In this document: positions 13,244-26,044 of the stretch, one piece after another | Layout of the letters: each line of letters opens with the position of its first letter | How positions within the stretch are numbered: the stretch's first letter is position 1 | NCBI RefSeq assembly: GCF_004010195.1 | Contig: NC_057711.1 | Location: 82,712,046-82,776,045 of the forward strand | Source: Chiloscyllium plagiosum | Taxonomy: Eukaryota | Direction of reading: 5' to 3' | Length of the DNA stretch: 64,000 bases | The notes under the pieces: generated by a model | The model's input: the letters and a program-made list of their open reading frames with translations, nothing else | Database searches by the model: none | What the model was told of the DNA's origin: nothing | Translations under genes and position numbers: made by a program

Positions 13244-13756
13244 AGGCAAACATGAGGATTGCAGATGCTGGAAATCAGAGTCTAAATTAGAGTGGTGCTG
13301 GAAAAGCATAGGCGGTCAGGCAGCATCCGAGGAGCAGGAAAATTGACATTTCGGGCAAAAGCCCTTCATCAGAACAGAAGGCAGGGAGCCCTCCAGGGTG
13401 GAGAGATAAATGGGAGGTGGGTGGGGCTGGGAAGAAGATAGCAAAAAGTACAGTAGGTGGGTGGGGATGGGGATGAAGGTGATAGGTCAGAGAGGAGGGT
13501 GGGGGAAGGTGACCATTGTATTCTTTGCTACCTTCCCCCACCCTCCTCTCTGACCTAGCACCTTCATCCCCATCCCCATCCAACTACTGTACTCTTTGCT
13601 ACCTTTTCCTCAGCTCCACCCCCTCTTCCATTTATCTCTCCACACTGGAGGCTCCCAACCTTTCGTCCTGATGAAGGGCTTTTGCCCGAAACATCAATTT
13701 TCCTGCTCCTCAGATGCTGCCTGACCGCCTGTGCTTTTCCAGCATTACTCTAATCA
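13244..13756. mobile_element. Palindromic PLE 3'-end insert (two inverted arms of ~230 bp)
   Basis: Arm ~13285-13510 is the reverse complement of ~13525-13755 and matches the 3' end of the PLE at 7418-7630. 13-bp TSD tagttcatt(c/g)tgt at 13231-13243 and 13757-13769. Confidence 0.9.
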
Positions 13757-14454
13757 TAGTTCATTGTGTGTCAGTAACTAGGTGCATGTTACATTGATAT
13801 GATAGATGATACACAATTTTTGAATGTTTTGATGATACACCAATTGTTTGCTTTTACTGTTTGGAGGTTCTAAACTGTTCTACTCACACATATATATGAC
13901 ATTATTGTAGTGGGTGCACTTACGGCATTTCTCAGTATTGACCCTTTCGGACCCCTTCAGACCTACTGAAATACCAAGCTTTTCTTTACATTAATAATAT
14001 TATACATTTATGTATAAAATTATATTTACAACTAAAGCATCTCCAGCTAAGTCTTTAACTTAACAAATTCAGGTAATCTGTAGTTTTCACTGTTCTCCCA
14101 AATTGTGTTATCTTTGGACTTGGAAGACTGAATGGAACACCATTGCATTTGATTCTTTTAAACTGGAGAACTTTTAATCTTTTGTATTTCCTTCATGAGA
14201 GATAGCTTCCCTGCTGAAACAGGCAACATCTTCCTTGTTGTATCTTGAATCATTGGACTTTGGTCACCTTGTCTCAGTGGTGGTTTCCATGGAGATGTAT
14301 GTGCCACATTTCCAATCTGTGCCAACAGATTTTTATTCTCAACCAATTGCAGATTTGTGGGGAAGCTTGTAAACTTGTTACTTCAAAACATTTATGGTTT
14401 AAATGCTCTCATTCGTCTTCAGTGATTGAATTATTTAAAAATCATATAATCTAG

Positions 14455-14830
14455 ATCATTCTTTAATTCTTTCATGGGATGTAGGCATTGCTGGCTAGGT
14501 CTGCATTTGTTGCTCATCCCTAATTGCCCTGGAGAAATGGTGGTAAACCTCCTTTTTGAATAGCTGGAGTCCATGTGATGAAGAAAAACCAACAATGCTG
14601 TTATAAAGGGGGTTCCTGAATTTTTACCCAGTGACAGTTCCAAGAAAGGATAGTATGTCATTTGTAAGTGAATTTGCAGTTGGTGGTGTTCCCATGCAGA
14701 TGATATCTGAGAGTTTGTGGGTTTGGAAAGGGCTATCAAAGGAGTCTGTGTGAATTGCTGTCATGCATCTTAGAGATGGTATACACTGCTGCCATTGTGA
14801 GTCAGTAGTGGAGGGTGTGAATTTTTAAGC
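14455..14830 (-). mobile_element. Old LINE 3' fragment (CR1/L2-group)
   Basis: gcattgctggctaggtctgcatttgttgctcatccctaattgccctggagaaatggtggt matches in reverse complement the 3' end at ~40720-40800. Confidence 0.6.
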
Positions 14831-15889
14831 TAAAAATTAGATGAAAACAATATAATCTATGCCTTATTTTTCTGATTCTTTATTGTTACTTAAAATGTTA
14901 TGACTGAATATTCATGGCTAGACATTGACAGAGCTACCAGGAGGCAAGGTGACAATTACCAGGTGCTGCCTGCAATGCTGGCTGCCTTAGGCACACTTGA
15001 GGACTAAAGAAGGGCATGTGCTGGTGGATCTTTTGTGTATGCCTGAAATTTGATCTAGCACGTCACATCAAACAGACCAATTGATGAATGTAACACAAAG
15101 GTCGGAGAGTTTGCTTATGAATTTGTATATTACTCACCAAAGATTACTAATGTCAATGCCAGATGGGCCTAAACGACAGCTTTAAGGGTTAATAGATAAC
15201 CATTAGATATATCACTACTGATAAAAAATGAGATAACATCACATGGAGCTGGGACCTGAGGGAAGAAGTTTCTAATATGATGGATGCACTAGGATGGTTT
15301 CCAGCACTCACCTATCAAAAGCATCCAGAACTCTGTCATGTTATTTTATATATGGTGGTAATAGTCTGTGAACCAAATATTGATGATCTTAGCCTTAGAT
15401 AAAGAAAGGAAATTAAAAAACCATTGATCCAACTGAGCACACTTGAGAAAACGTCACAACATAATTGAAACCACTAATTGTTGCTGGGTCTCATGCCATC
15501 TGACAAGAAGTGACCAGAGTGGTGTAGAAAGCCTGACCCCTTTCTTAGCCAAAGCATGATACCACTACATAGGGTTTTGACCAAACCATGCTCTGGATCA
15601 ATTAGCCTTATCACTTCAATCAATGTCACCCTACCTCTGGCAGTGGAGAAGCCAGAGGGTCAATTCGGTGTGCTGCTGTATGCAATCTGCAGTACGGTCA
15701 TACTACTTGGATTAAGAAGCGGATTGAAGCAGAAACCACCACATTTGAAAAAGTAATTAAAGACTTGGATTTTTTTTTAGTTTGTGACACAACCCTATAG
15801 TAGACCAGACAAAGTTCAAATAGCACAGCCAGAAGCCCGGGGAGAATACTGACTCTGTTATAAATAATGCATTTATCTCACTGATATTT

Positions 15890-16500
15890 GCCAATTTTGA
15901 ACATTGAGAGATATGATCAGAGAGATGCCTCACAAAAGGGCAGTCCGAAGTAGTGCTTACTTTAGTCAAATTAGTCCAGTTTGTCAGACAAGCTGAACTT
16001 TGCAAGTAAAATAAGTTGTTTCTCTGAGGAGACAGGGAGACATCCTGGGCAGGGATACTGATCCAGACTCAGTCCAGTTCGTCAGTCAGAATAACCCAGG
16101 AATCCCTTTGGTACTCGTTTGAGCAAATATTGATCAATGAGCAATGAGGAGAGAAAAACAGTGGTGAGAAGATACAGCTGCCACCATTTTGGTTGGAAAA
16201 CATATCACTGCTGCCAAACCTATGTAGCCATTAATATTAAGTACCATACATTTGCCATCAGAAGGACCATTTGAGGATAGTTTGCTGATGCAGCAGAAGC
16301 TTCCTATTTGTAGAACAGAACCAGGCTACTCTAATCTGAAACTGTCCAAGAGATAGATGAAGAATAGATGTATCCTTAGGAGAAGCAGTAATCCTAAAAG
16401 GGGTTCTGGTATGCAAATATCATGGTTAATAGCAGGAATGCAAATATACTGAACACAGGTTCAGGAGTGTGTGTTTTTCCTGAGACCACCTCAAGTGATG
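15890..16500 (+). mobile_element. Second degenerate Gypsy gag/protease remnant
   Basis: LRDMIRE..QSEVVLTLVKLVQFVRQAEL resembles the gag helix LTL.KA....RQ.E. WYANIMVN..ILNTGSGV resembles a decayed aspartic protease LDTGA context. Confidence 0.5.
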
Positions 16501-18301
16501 CTTGAATTTCTCCAAATATTTTCTATTCAATGTCATTTCACCAAGGGTATAAGTGCAGATGCACAGTCCATTTTGAAGTAATGAGAAAGAGAATACCAAT
16601 ACTCTACACATTATTTCTCATCAGCATTGTTCTTTATTAAATAGAAGCTTATGTGATGTGAATTTTCTTTATTCCCCAGTGTTATTTTCATTCTGTGTGA
16701 AGTGGTTGTACTAACTCATACTCTGTAAGAAAACTAATATGCACAATGTAAGGTAGCTGCACTGACTCATATAGCGTGAGGCCACTTAACTACTTCGTAC
16801 AATAGGCTGTATTTAATGGAGATGAAAGGGCTCTTGCCTGCCAGCTAAAGAACTGAGAGACTGACGTCACCTCTTTTCGGGAAGGCCTGCTGCATTATGT
16901 CAGTCAGGCACTTAACTCAGCAGCAGCAGCAGACCATTCCTGACATTTAGTGTCCTGGTTGTGGGCCAGAGAGCCCAGCTGCCACAAGCTACCAGCCAAA
17001 TCTGAAGCTGCCAGTTCTTCTTTGTGTGGCAGCATCTTCATGGAGGTGGTAGTTGCTGCTGTTACTACATTCATTTGAGGTCTCATACTAGATATAGACT
17101 CAGGTACAGTTACGTGATGGAGGGAACGATGTCTCGGGGGAGGGGTTCAGCAATGGTGGGGAGTGATGGTTTGCAGTTGGTCCTCTTTTCCAAATCTCTT
17201 GATCAGACATTGAATGCCTTTGAACAAAAGAATCCTCTCTCCCCTTCCCCACAACATGACTCCACAAACAATCCCTACAGGTTTTGCTTTTCATATAGCT
17301 AGTACCCTATGTGCTAGTGGGGGAATATCTGCATTAGTGGGTGGAAAGCCTTAAGCCACAGAATTAAATGTAGTGGTGTGTGGGCAGTAGGGTGTCCACC
17401 AGCCACCCTCCCATGACATTAATGTCACTTTGCCACTAAATGCACCACAGGGCTCACGTGAGAGGATGTGAAATTCCAGTCAGAGAGAGGGAGAGATGCA
17501 AAGTGAAAAGTCTCAACTAAGAGCATAGTTAAAGTTGAAATTAGGTAATGTGTGATGTTGATTCAGCTCTCTCCTACATATATATCCTTAACATTGTTAC
17601 ATCTTGTGGATCATTTAGTAACGAAGATAGATGGATGATGTAGATAAAAATGTGTTGCAAAATAGAGATGAGCGAAAGATCCTTCTTGACTAATAGAATA
17701 GCTACCAAATAATGTAGATGAAAATTTTAAAAACTAAGCTTGTCTCCTTTTCTGCAGTTTCAAGATCTGTATTATACCTGCAAGTCATTCATATATGCAT
17801 TAATTTAACTGAGACTCTACTGCCTGATTACCGTGTTAAACCAAAAGTCCCATCTTGTTAGTCTGAGAACAGGTTGGAAGCATCTGCTGCACAGTCAAGT
17901 GGGGGCATGGAGGGAGAGAGAACTGGGAAGATTGAGGAAAGAAGTAATTTGCATTGAGCCATCTGCTTGTAGGTTTGAGAAAAAAATTAATTTGATGCCA
18001 CTGTTGACTTTCCTGCCTGCCATGGCTAATGTGGTTTCCAGTCTCTCATATACATTTAAAAGAGTTGCAATCACATTGCAGTTAAATAGTAACACAGAAT
18101 ATTAAATTCAGTGTACAGTTCACATTTCTGATATTCATTGCCATTGTACAGCATTGGTGCACTGTCTGAATGAATGTTTTTGGCTCATTGTCTGTTGAAG
18201 CTTCATCCATGCTGCTTTCTTGGCAATTTTGTTTTGCTTATGTCTTGCACTGTTAGGTTAAGGTGAAGAAGCAGGTTCCAACTCTGCCTCAGTTGAAATG
18301 A

Positions 18302-18520
18302 GCTTAAAAATGTGTTGCTGGAAAAGCGCAGCAGGTCAGGCAGCATCAAAGGAACAGGAGAATCGACGTTTCGGGCATAAGCCCTTCTTCAGGAACCTGA
18401 AGCAGGGCTTATGCCCAAAACATCGATTCTCCTGTTCCTTTGATGCTGCCTGACCTGCTGCGCTTTTCCAGCAACACATTTTTAAGCTCTGATCTCCAGC
18501 ATCTGCAGTCCTCACTTTCT
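18302..18520. mobile_element. Palindromic PLE 3'-end insert
   Basis: Near-perfect inverted arms centred at ~18394. 14-bp TSD ctcagttgaaatga at 18288-18301 and 18521-18534. Confidence 0.92.
18365..18393 (-). ncRNA. Minimal hammerhead ribozyme core (PLE type)
   Basis: Reverse complement reads C-CUGAAGA-A-GGGC-UUAU-GCCC-GAAAC-GUC: conserved core, 4-bp stem II, palindromic ACGU stem III and a GUC cleavage triplet. Confidence 0.7.
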
Positions 18521-18649
18521 CTCAGTTGAAATGAACCTATACTAATAGTACAATTCTGAAAGACACACTAACAGCTGGCAAACTGAGTACACTGATTCCC
18601 ATGCATTATTATATCTGCCATTATTTGTGTAGTGAGTTATTTAGGAATT

Positions 18650-19130
18650 AAGTTTTATTGTCACATGCATTCAAGTAAAGGGATACAGGAGTTCAGTGAA
18701 AAATGTATGAAGTCACTAATCCTAGTGCCATTTTGGGCACAAGGTATGTTGGTACAAAATCTTAGGTACCAGTAGAAAAATAAAGAAATAAATTAAAAGT
18801 ACATTACAGTTCTTCTCAGTAAAAAGTAGTAAATAGAGAAGCAAAGTTAAGTTCAGAATTACAGTCCTTCTTTAGCCATGAGATTTTCCCATGGAGGCCT
18901 GCACTTCCCACAAGGGCTTGATCTCTCCTCCACACTGGCCTCAGTCTCTCTCCTGCACTGGAAGGTCCCCACAACAACCAACATCTGGGCTCACCAACTG
19001 TCTCTGTATTTGCAGCACACTGTGGCAGTTTGCCAACACAGTTGCTGTTTTCTTGAGTAGGAGCATTCCTTTGTGGTTTGCTGGACGTCGACCTCTCCTC
19101 CCTAGTTTTTTTGGTAGCTGATTTGCTCTG
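18650..19130 (-). mobile_element. Non-autonomous retroelement with Rex1/Babar-like 3' tail (copy 1)
   Basis: ttttattgtcacatg..tacaggagttcagtgaaaa..gccattttgggcacaagg..ttaggtac matches 31360-31490 and the reverse complement of 32940-33070. The 5' boundary is approximate. Confidence 0.6.
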
Positions 19131-19645
19131 TAGTTTCCCATTTTGTATTTGGTCCTGTGACATTTCACTGTCACATCTCACAATAAGTGTTGTCATAGCA
19201 CATCAGTGATATTACTTATAGTGAACAATAGACATCTTAATGGGTAATTTTTGCTGATATACAAGCCAGACTAAAATTTGGTAAGATGTAACGACTCTAT
19301 GAGCCACATACACTTGTTTAATGTTGAGTTTCCGAGTCTCATCAAAGTGGTGTTATTGACCTTTATACAAGTAACATTTTGGAGAGGTTCAAATTCACCC
19401 TTTCCCATTGCCTCACTATCACAAATTTTCCAGATTAGAGACTGCTCCCTCCAACCTCACTGCCAAACCTGGGAGACTGAAGTATTTTTAGTGTTATAAA
19501 TTTAAAACAATAACTTCCGCAGAGACAGACATTAATTAACTAAGTTAACAAAAGTTTGAAAGCAAAAGCCATATATTCAAATTTATAGATTTTCATTCAC
19601 TATTTTCACAGAATACTTAACAGCTGAATAAACACTAATTGTGCA

Positions 19646-20265
19646 TTAAAATCCATAAAAAGCACCCCCACCCCTCCTGTTGTCAAAGCTAAATAACTCA
19701 CCATAATCTGTTTCTTGGATTGTATCATGATATGGAGTATCAGTATCATCTACATCAGCAAAATCACTCCACAGATAATCTTCTGTGCCATCAAATTCAT
19801 TGGATAGTCTACTACCTAAATGATTTTGGAACAAGCTTAAATCAGATTTTATACGAAGTCTCTAAAACTCATTCACACAAACATATTACCATTGGAGTCC
19901 ATATGCTGCCTCTCTTGGTGAATATCTCATCTCTTTTGATAACCTAGTTATTCCAATTTCTACTCACACTATCCTTGAAGGCATTATTTAGTGAAGCATC
20001 TAATAGTTGTATAGTTAAAAAAAACTGTGAATCACTGCATTATCACTGGATTTTGATCAAATTTCAGCAACAACCTTGCCACGGTGTGTTCTGAACATGT
20101 TCCAGATAAGAAGACAATTTTCTATACACAATTCTTCTGATCGGAAACTCCAAACTTTCCTCAGCCGTATGTCCAAGCCACCTTCATCCTTTATTGTCAA
20201 TGTGGACAATTAATTCTTTTGGAAATTTCTGTCTTTGGAGTGTTTTTCTCTCTTGGTGTGTACTC
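19646..20265 (-). mobile_element. pogo/Tigger-family DDE transposase fossil
   Basis: Minus translation gives LIWNMFRTH (cf. LVWDSFRAH), AVIH..IQLLDASLNNAFKD (cf. AVIPGGLT..LQPLDVSVNKPFKD), FTKRGSI..LCE*VLE..KSFR and SNEFDGTEDYLW (cf. SN.LDGSEDD.LW), followed by an acidic tail. Confidence 0.8.
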
Positions 20266-20274
20266 AATTAAACT

Positions 20275-23200
20275 TAGAAGGATGAGGGGACATCTCATCA
20301 AAACATACAAAATATTGAGAGGCCTGGATGGAGTGGACATGAAGAAGATGTTTCCACTAGTAGTACAGACTCATAAAGGGGTGACCTTATAAAACTGAAA
20401 TGAGGGGAAATTTCTTCAGCCAGATGGTAGTTAATCTGTGGAACTCATTGCTAAGTAAGACTGTGAATGTCAAGTCATTGAGTGCAGTTAAGGCAGATAT
20501 AGGTTCTTGATTAGTCAGGTTATCAAAGGTTATGGGGAGAAGGCAAGAGAATGGGGTTGAGAAACAAATCAGCCATAATCTATTGGCAGAGCAGACGAAA
20601 TGGCTGATTGACCTAATTCTGTTGTTATATTGTCTTTGCATCCTCTTTAGTCACAGGAGAGGTCCCAGAGGACTGGAGAATAGCTAATATTGTTCCTGTG
20701 ATAGAATGGGATCTCCAGTGAACTTGTCAGATGAATACAGAATGGGCTTGCTCATAGAAGACATAGAGCAGTGGTGGAAGGCTGACTTTCTGACTAAAGG
20801 TTTTTGAGGTCAGAAGTTGCATGAACCAGGTTATATTCCAACAGGTTTGTTTGGAATCACAAGCTTTCAGAGCACTGCTCCTTCGTCAGATGTCGTGTGA
20901 TTTCTGGCCTTGTCCACCCTAGTCTGGCACTGGCACCTCCACATGGAGGTTTGTGACCAGTAGTGTTCCACAGTGATCAGTGCTGAGCCCACAGTTTTTT
21001 TTTATATGTTTGTGTGGAGAATGTAGGTGATCTGGTTAGGAAGTTGTGGATGACATAAAGGTCGGGGTAGCTGTGGATAGTGAGGAGGATTGCAAGAGGA
21101 TACAGCAGGATACAGGTAGGCTAAAGACTTGGGTGGAGAAATGGCAGATGGAGTTTAATCTGGACAAATGTGAATTATGCATTTTGGAAGATCTACTGCA
21201 CGAGGGAAGTATCCAGTAAATGGCAGAACACTTAGAAGCATTAACGTACAGAGGGATTTAGGTGTTCAGGTCAACAGTACCCTGAAAGTGGCAACACAAG
21301 TGGATAAGCTAGTGAAGAAGGCAGGCTTTCCTTCATTGATCCGTGCATGTATAAAAATTGGCAAATCATGTTGCAGCTATATAGAACTTTAGTTAGGTCA
21401 CATTGAGAATATTACGTACAGTTCTGGTCACCACACCACAACAAGCTTGTGGAAGCTTTGGAGAAGGTTCAGAAAAGGTTTACCAGGATAAAAAACCGAA
21501 AGAACTGCGAATGCTGGAAATCTGAAACAAAAACAGAAATTACTGGAAAATCTCACCAGGTCTGGCAGTATCTGTGGAGAAAAATTAGAGTTAACATTTT
21601 AGGACCAGTGACTATTCTGGTTTACCAAGATGTTGCCTGGTTTGGAGGGTATTAGCTATGTGGAGAGATTGGACAAAGTTTGTTTGTTTTCACTTGAACG
21701 TCAAAGGATAAGGGCTAAGAGCAGCAAGGAGGGGACATGAAAGGTCCTTAGTCGGTAGGATTAGGGAAAACCCTAAGGCTTTCTATAGGTATGTTAGGAA
21801 TAAAAGAATGACTAGGGTAGGAATAGGTCCAGTCAAGGATAGTAGTGGGAAGTTGCGTGTGGAGGCGGAAGAGATTGGGGAGACACTGAATGAATACTTT
21901 TTTTCAGTATTTACTCAGGAACAGGGCATTGTCGTCGATGTGAATACTGAGTCACAAATAAGTAGAATGGATGGCTTTGAGGTATGTAGAGAAGAGGTGT
22001 TGGAAATCCTGGAAAAGGTGAAAATAGATAAGTCCCCTGGGCCTGATGGCATTTATCCTAGGATTCTCTGGGAAGCAAGGGAGGAGATTGCAGAGCCATT
22101 GGCCTTGATTTTTATGTCCTCTTTGTCTACAGGAGTAGTCCCAGAAGACTGGAGGATAGCAAATGTGGTTCCCTTGTTCAAAAAGGGGAGTAGGGATAGC
22201 CCTAGTAACTATAGGCCGGTGAGTCTCACTTCTGTTGTGAGCAAAGTCTTAGAGAGAATTGTAAGGGATAGGATTTATGCACATCTGGATAGGAATAATG
22301 TGATCAAGGATAGTCAGCATGGTTTTGTGAAGGGCAAGTCGTGCCTCACAAACCTTATTGAATTCTTTGAAAAGGTGACGAAGGAGGTTGATGAGGGGAA
22401 AGCGGTAGATGTGGTATACATGGATTTTAGTAAGGCGTTTGATAAGGTTCCCCATGGTAGGCTACTGCAGAAAATACGGAGATATGGCATAGAGGGTGAG
22501 TTGGAGGTTTGGATTAGGAATTGGCTGGATGGAAGAAGACAGAGGGTAGTAGTTGATGGCAAAGTTTCTTCATGGAGTGCCGTCACTAGCGGTGTTCCGC
22601 AAGGATCTGTTTTGGGACCATTGCTGTTTGTCATTTTTATAAATGACCTGGAAGAGGGGTTAGAAGGTTGGGTAAGCAAGTTTGCGGATGATACGAAAGT
22701 CGGAGGAGTTGCTGACAGTGAGGAAGGATGTGGCAGGTTACAGCAGGATATAGAGAAGCTGCAGAGCTGGGCAGAAAGGTGGCAAATGGAATTCAACGTA
22801 GCTAAATGATGCAGTTGTATAAGACTCTGGTGCGGCCGCATCTGGAATATTGTGTGCAGTTTTGGTTGCCATACTATAGGAAGGATGTGGAGGCACTGGA
22901 ACGGGTGCAGAGGAGGTTTACCAGGATGTTGCCTGGTATGGAAGGAAGATCGTATGAGGAAAGACTGAGACACTTGGGGCTGTTTTCATTAGAGAAAAGA
23001 AGGTTTAGGGGTGACTTGATTGAGGTGTACAAGATGATTAGGGGTTTAGATAGGGTCGACAGTGAGAATCTTTTTCCACGTATGGAGTCAGCTATTACGA
23101 GGGGGCATAGCTTTAAATTAAGGGGGGGTAGATATAGGACTGAAGTTAGGGGTAGGTTCTTCACTCAGCGAGTCGTAAGTTCATGGAATGCCCTGCCAGC

Positions 23201-24490
23201 AGCAGTGGTGGACTCTCCCTCTTTATGGGCATTTAAGCGGGCATTGGATAGGTATATGGAGGATAGTGGGTTAGTATAGGTTAGGTGGGCTTGGATCGGC
23301 GCAACATCGAGGGCCAAAGGGCCTGTACTGCGCTGTATTCTTCTATGTTCTATGTTCTAAGGGGTGTCATTTAGAGTCATAGAATCATACAGCACAGAAA
23401 CAGACCTTTTAGTTCAAGCCTACCATAATACCAAAGTGAACTGGTTCCACCTGCCTGCGCCTGACCCATATCCCTCCAAACATTTCTTATTCATGTACTT
23501 ATCTAAAAGTCTTTTAAATGTTGTAACTGTAGCCACATCCACCATTTCCTCTGGAAGTTCATTCCACACACTAACCACTCTGTGTGTAAAAGAAGTTGCG
23601 CCTCGTGTCTTTTTCAAATCTTTCTCCTCTCACTTTAAAAAGTTGCCCCCTAATCTTGAAATCCCCCACTCTAGGGAAAAGACACCTGCCAGTCAACTTA
23701 TCAATACCCCTCATTATTTTATAAACCTCTACAAGGTCACCCCTCAACCTCCTACCCTCCAGTGAAAAATGTATTTACTTACATTGAACACCATCTGCCA
23801 CAGTTTTGCTCTTTCAACGGATCTGTCAATACCCATTTGTAATTTTATGTCATTATCTACACTGTTTACAAAGTCACCTAACTTTGTATCATCAGCAAAT
23901 TTGGATAGATAACTTTCTTATAAATAAATAATGAATAACTGAAGCTCTAACACAGATCATTATAGACACCACCAGACTTATTCTGCCAATTTGAGCACCA
24001 ATCCATCATCCCTACTTTCTGCCACCTGCCATTCAACTAATTTCCCAGTCATGTGAGTAATTTGTTGTCAATTCCATGGGCTTCCAGCTTAGTTGTGACC
24101 TGATAGAAGTTTACAAAATTATAAAACACACGGATAGAATTAATATTGGAGTCCTTTTTTCATGGTAGAAATGTCAAGTACTAGGGGACATAGCTTTAAG
24201 GTAAAAGGGGAATGTTTAAAAGGAGATGTGAGAGGCAGGTTCTTTACACAGTAAGTGCCTGGAATGTGCTATCAGAGGCAGGCACTGAGGAAGCAAATGT
24301 GGCTGTAGTAGCGAGTCTGTGAGCAGATGGTAACAGCTGACACAATAGCAATGTTTAAGAGGCATCTTGACAGATACAAGAATGGGTAGGGAATAGAGGG
24401 ATATAGACTGTGTAGAGGCAAAAGATTTTTAGTTTAGAAAGGTGTCATGTTCCGAAGGGTCTGTTCCTGTGCTGTACTGCTCTTTGTTAT
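20275..24490 (+). mobile_element. Stack of nested CR1 fragments (host copies on +, minus-strand inserts at ~23372-24090) with small PLE inserts at ~20815-20945 and 21490-21618
   Basis: CR1 peptides MHFGRS..QRDLGVQV and MEALEKVQKRFTR. The PLE insert 21490-21618 is flanked by ggtttacca(g/a)gat. The host copy resumes at ~24093 with gtgacctgatagaagtttacaaa. Confidence 0.85.
21715..23357 (+). mobile_element. Young 5'-truncated CR1 LINE with open reverse-transcriptase frame
   Basis: No stop from 21715 to 22806. Motifs KSPGPDGI, NYRPVSLTS, QHGF, YMDFSKAFD, SGVPQGSVLGP and KFADD. C-terminal ORF 22806-23279, (ttctatg)n tail, and taaggg duplicated at 21709-21714 and 23358-23363. Confidence 0.95.
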
Positions 24491-24904
24491 ATCTTATGGC
24501 CTTATGGTCTAATATCACCATTAGCTTAAACTTTATTTGTTAGGCTTGCACCACAACACATGCTATCTCTCCAACTTTTCTTACCATTTGACTTGCTGGC
24601 AAAATTCCTGGGAGTCACATCATTTTCTCAGTATCGGTCAATTCATTAATTTGTTAATGCTTGATTATCAATGCCCGAAATGCAACAAACCTGTCATCAA
24701 GTTCTGCTGAGAGATTGGAAATCTTGTTCTCCTGTCATGGCACAACATTACTTTTCTTCGTAAATCTGGTGTGCCATCCAGGGCTGGCTTTAAAATCTGC
24801 AATCCCTAAACTTTCTTGTTTTGGGATAAAAATTCAGACAAATCGTGAGGGGAATGTCCATTCTGGTGACTTTCATTGGCATATTTATCAACATTACTTT
24901 CCAT

Positions 24905-25665
24905 AAGATTATAAGATGTAGGAGCAGAAGTTGGCCATTTGACCCATCTATTTTGATAGTCCAATTTTCTGCCTTATCTTCACTACTCTTGATTACCTTA
25001 TTGATTAAAACTTTGTCTATCTCAGTCTTGATTATAGTTAAAACCGTAACCTCAACAATAACATTTTCCACAGGTTCCCCACACTCAGAGAAAGAAATTC
25101 CTCCTCATCTCTGTCTTAAATAGGCAACTCCTTACTCTGAGATTACGTCCTCTGATCCTGCTTGTTCTTACAAGGAGAACAACCTCTTTGCATCTACCCT
25201 GTCAAGCCCTCTCAATAAAGGTCTCCTTTCATCAAGTCCGATGAGTACAAACCCAATCTACTCAATCTTTCCTCATAAGAAAATCCCTCCATACCCAAGA
25301 TCGGCCTAGTGAAACTTCTTGGACAGCCTCCAATGCTGCCAGTATATCTTCCCTGAGATAAGGTGCCAAAAACTGTTCACAGTATTCCAGTCATGATCTG
25401 ACTAGTATATTGTATAGCTTTAGCAAACTCTGCCTATCTTTATACTCCATTCCTTCTGAAATAAAAGCCAATGCTCCATTTGCCTTCCCTATTATCAGAG
25501 GCATGACCTTCTTTGTCAGAGTGCTGCATACCCCACTGTATAGAGGAGTGTATGCCGCACTCATCTGCAGGATGGGCTAATCCTTCTGCAGACTCTTTGT
25601 ATCATCATCATCACTTGCCTTATCACCTATTTTTGAGTCATCCACAAACTTGATGATATTTACTT
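24905..25665 (-). mobile_element. CR1 LINE 3' fragment
   Basis: Tail cataagattataagatgtaggagcagaag, decayed ORF2 C-terminus, and KFVDDSKIG near 25620-25655. Confidence 0.8.
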
Positions 25666-26044
25666 CCACTCGGGCCACATGCAGAGCTTTCCTCCATTTA
25701 TGCATTTATGCTTAGGCATCTTTTAAGCTGTGCAGAGAGCATTTACCAATCTCTAATGTTCTTCACCAATACCTTGAATTCCCTAGTTATTGCACAACTA
25801 CTTGTTCTGTAATCCCAGCAATATTAAGTTTGGGATGGGTATGTACTGTTCCTCCTTCTTCCACAGCACTAAAATACAGGGTGAGATTGATATAGAATGC
25901 AATGCTCATCATTGAAGTTATATCACGTGCTGCATGCGGAGATACCAAGGGTTTTATTGTAAGTGTTTTTAGCTAAGTATCAGTTTCATTAAGATTTATG
26001 GAAGTTTTCTCTGTACGAGGCCAAAAGCAATCAAACACCTCTCA

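Noticed and set aside
22314..22973. 219-aa minus-strand ORF
   Set aside because: Antisense shadow of the CR1 RT frame, with no independent motifs.
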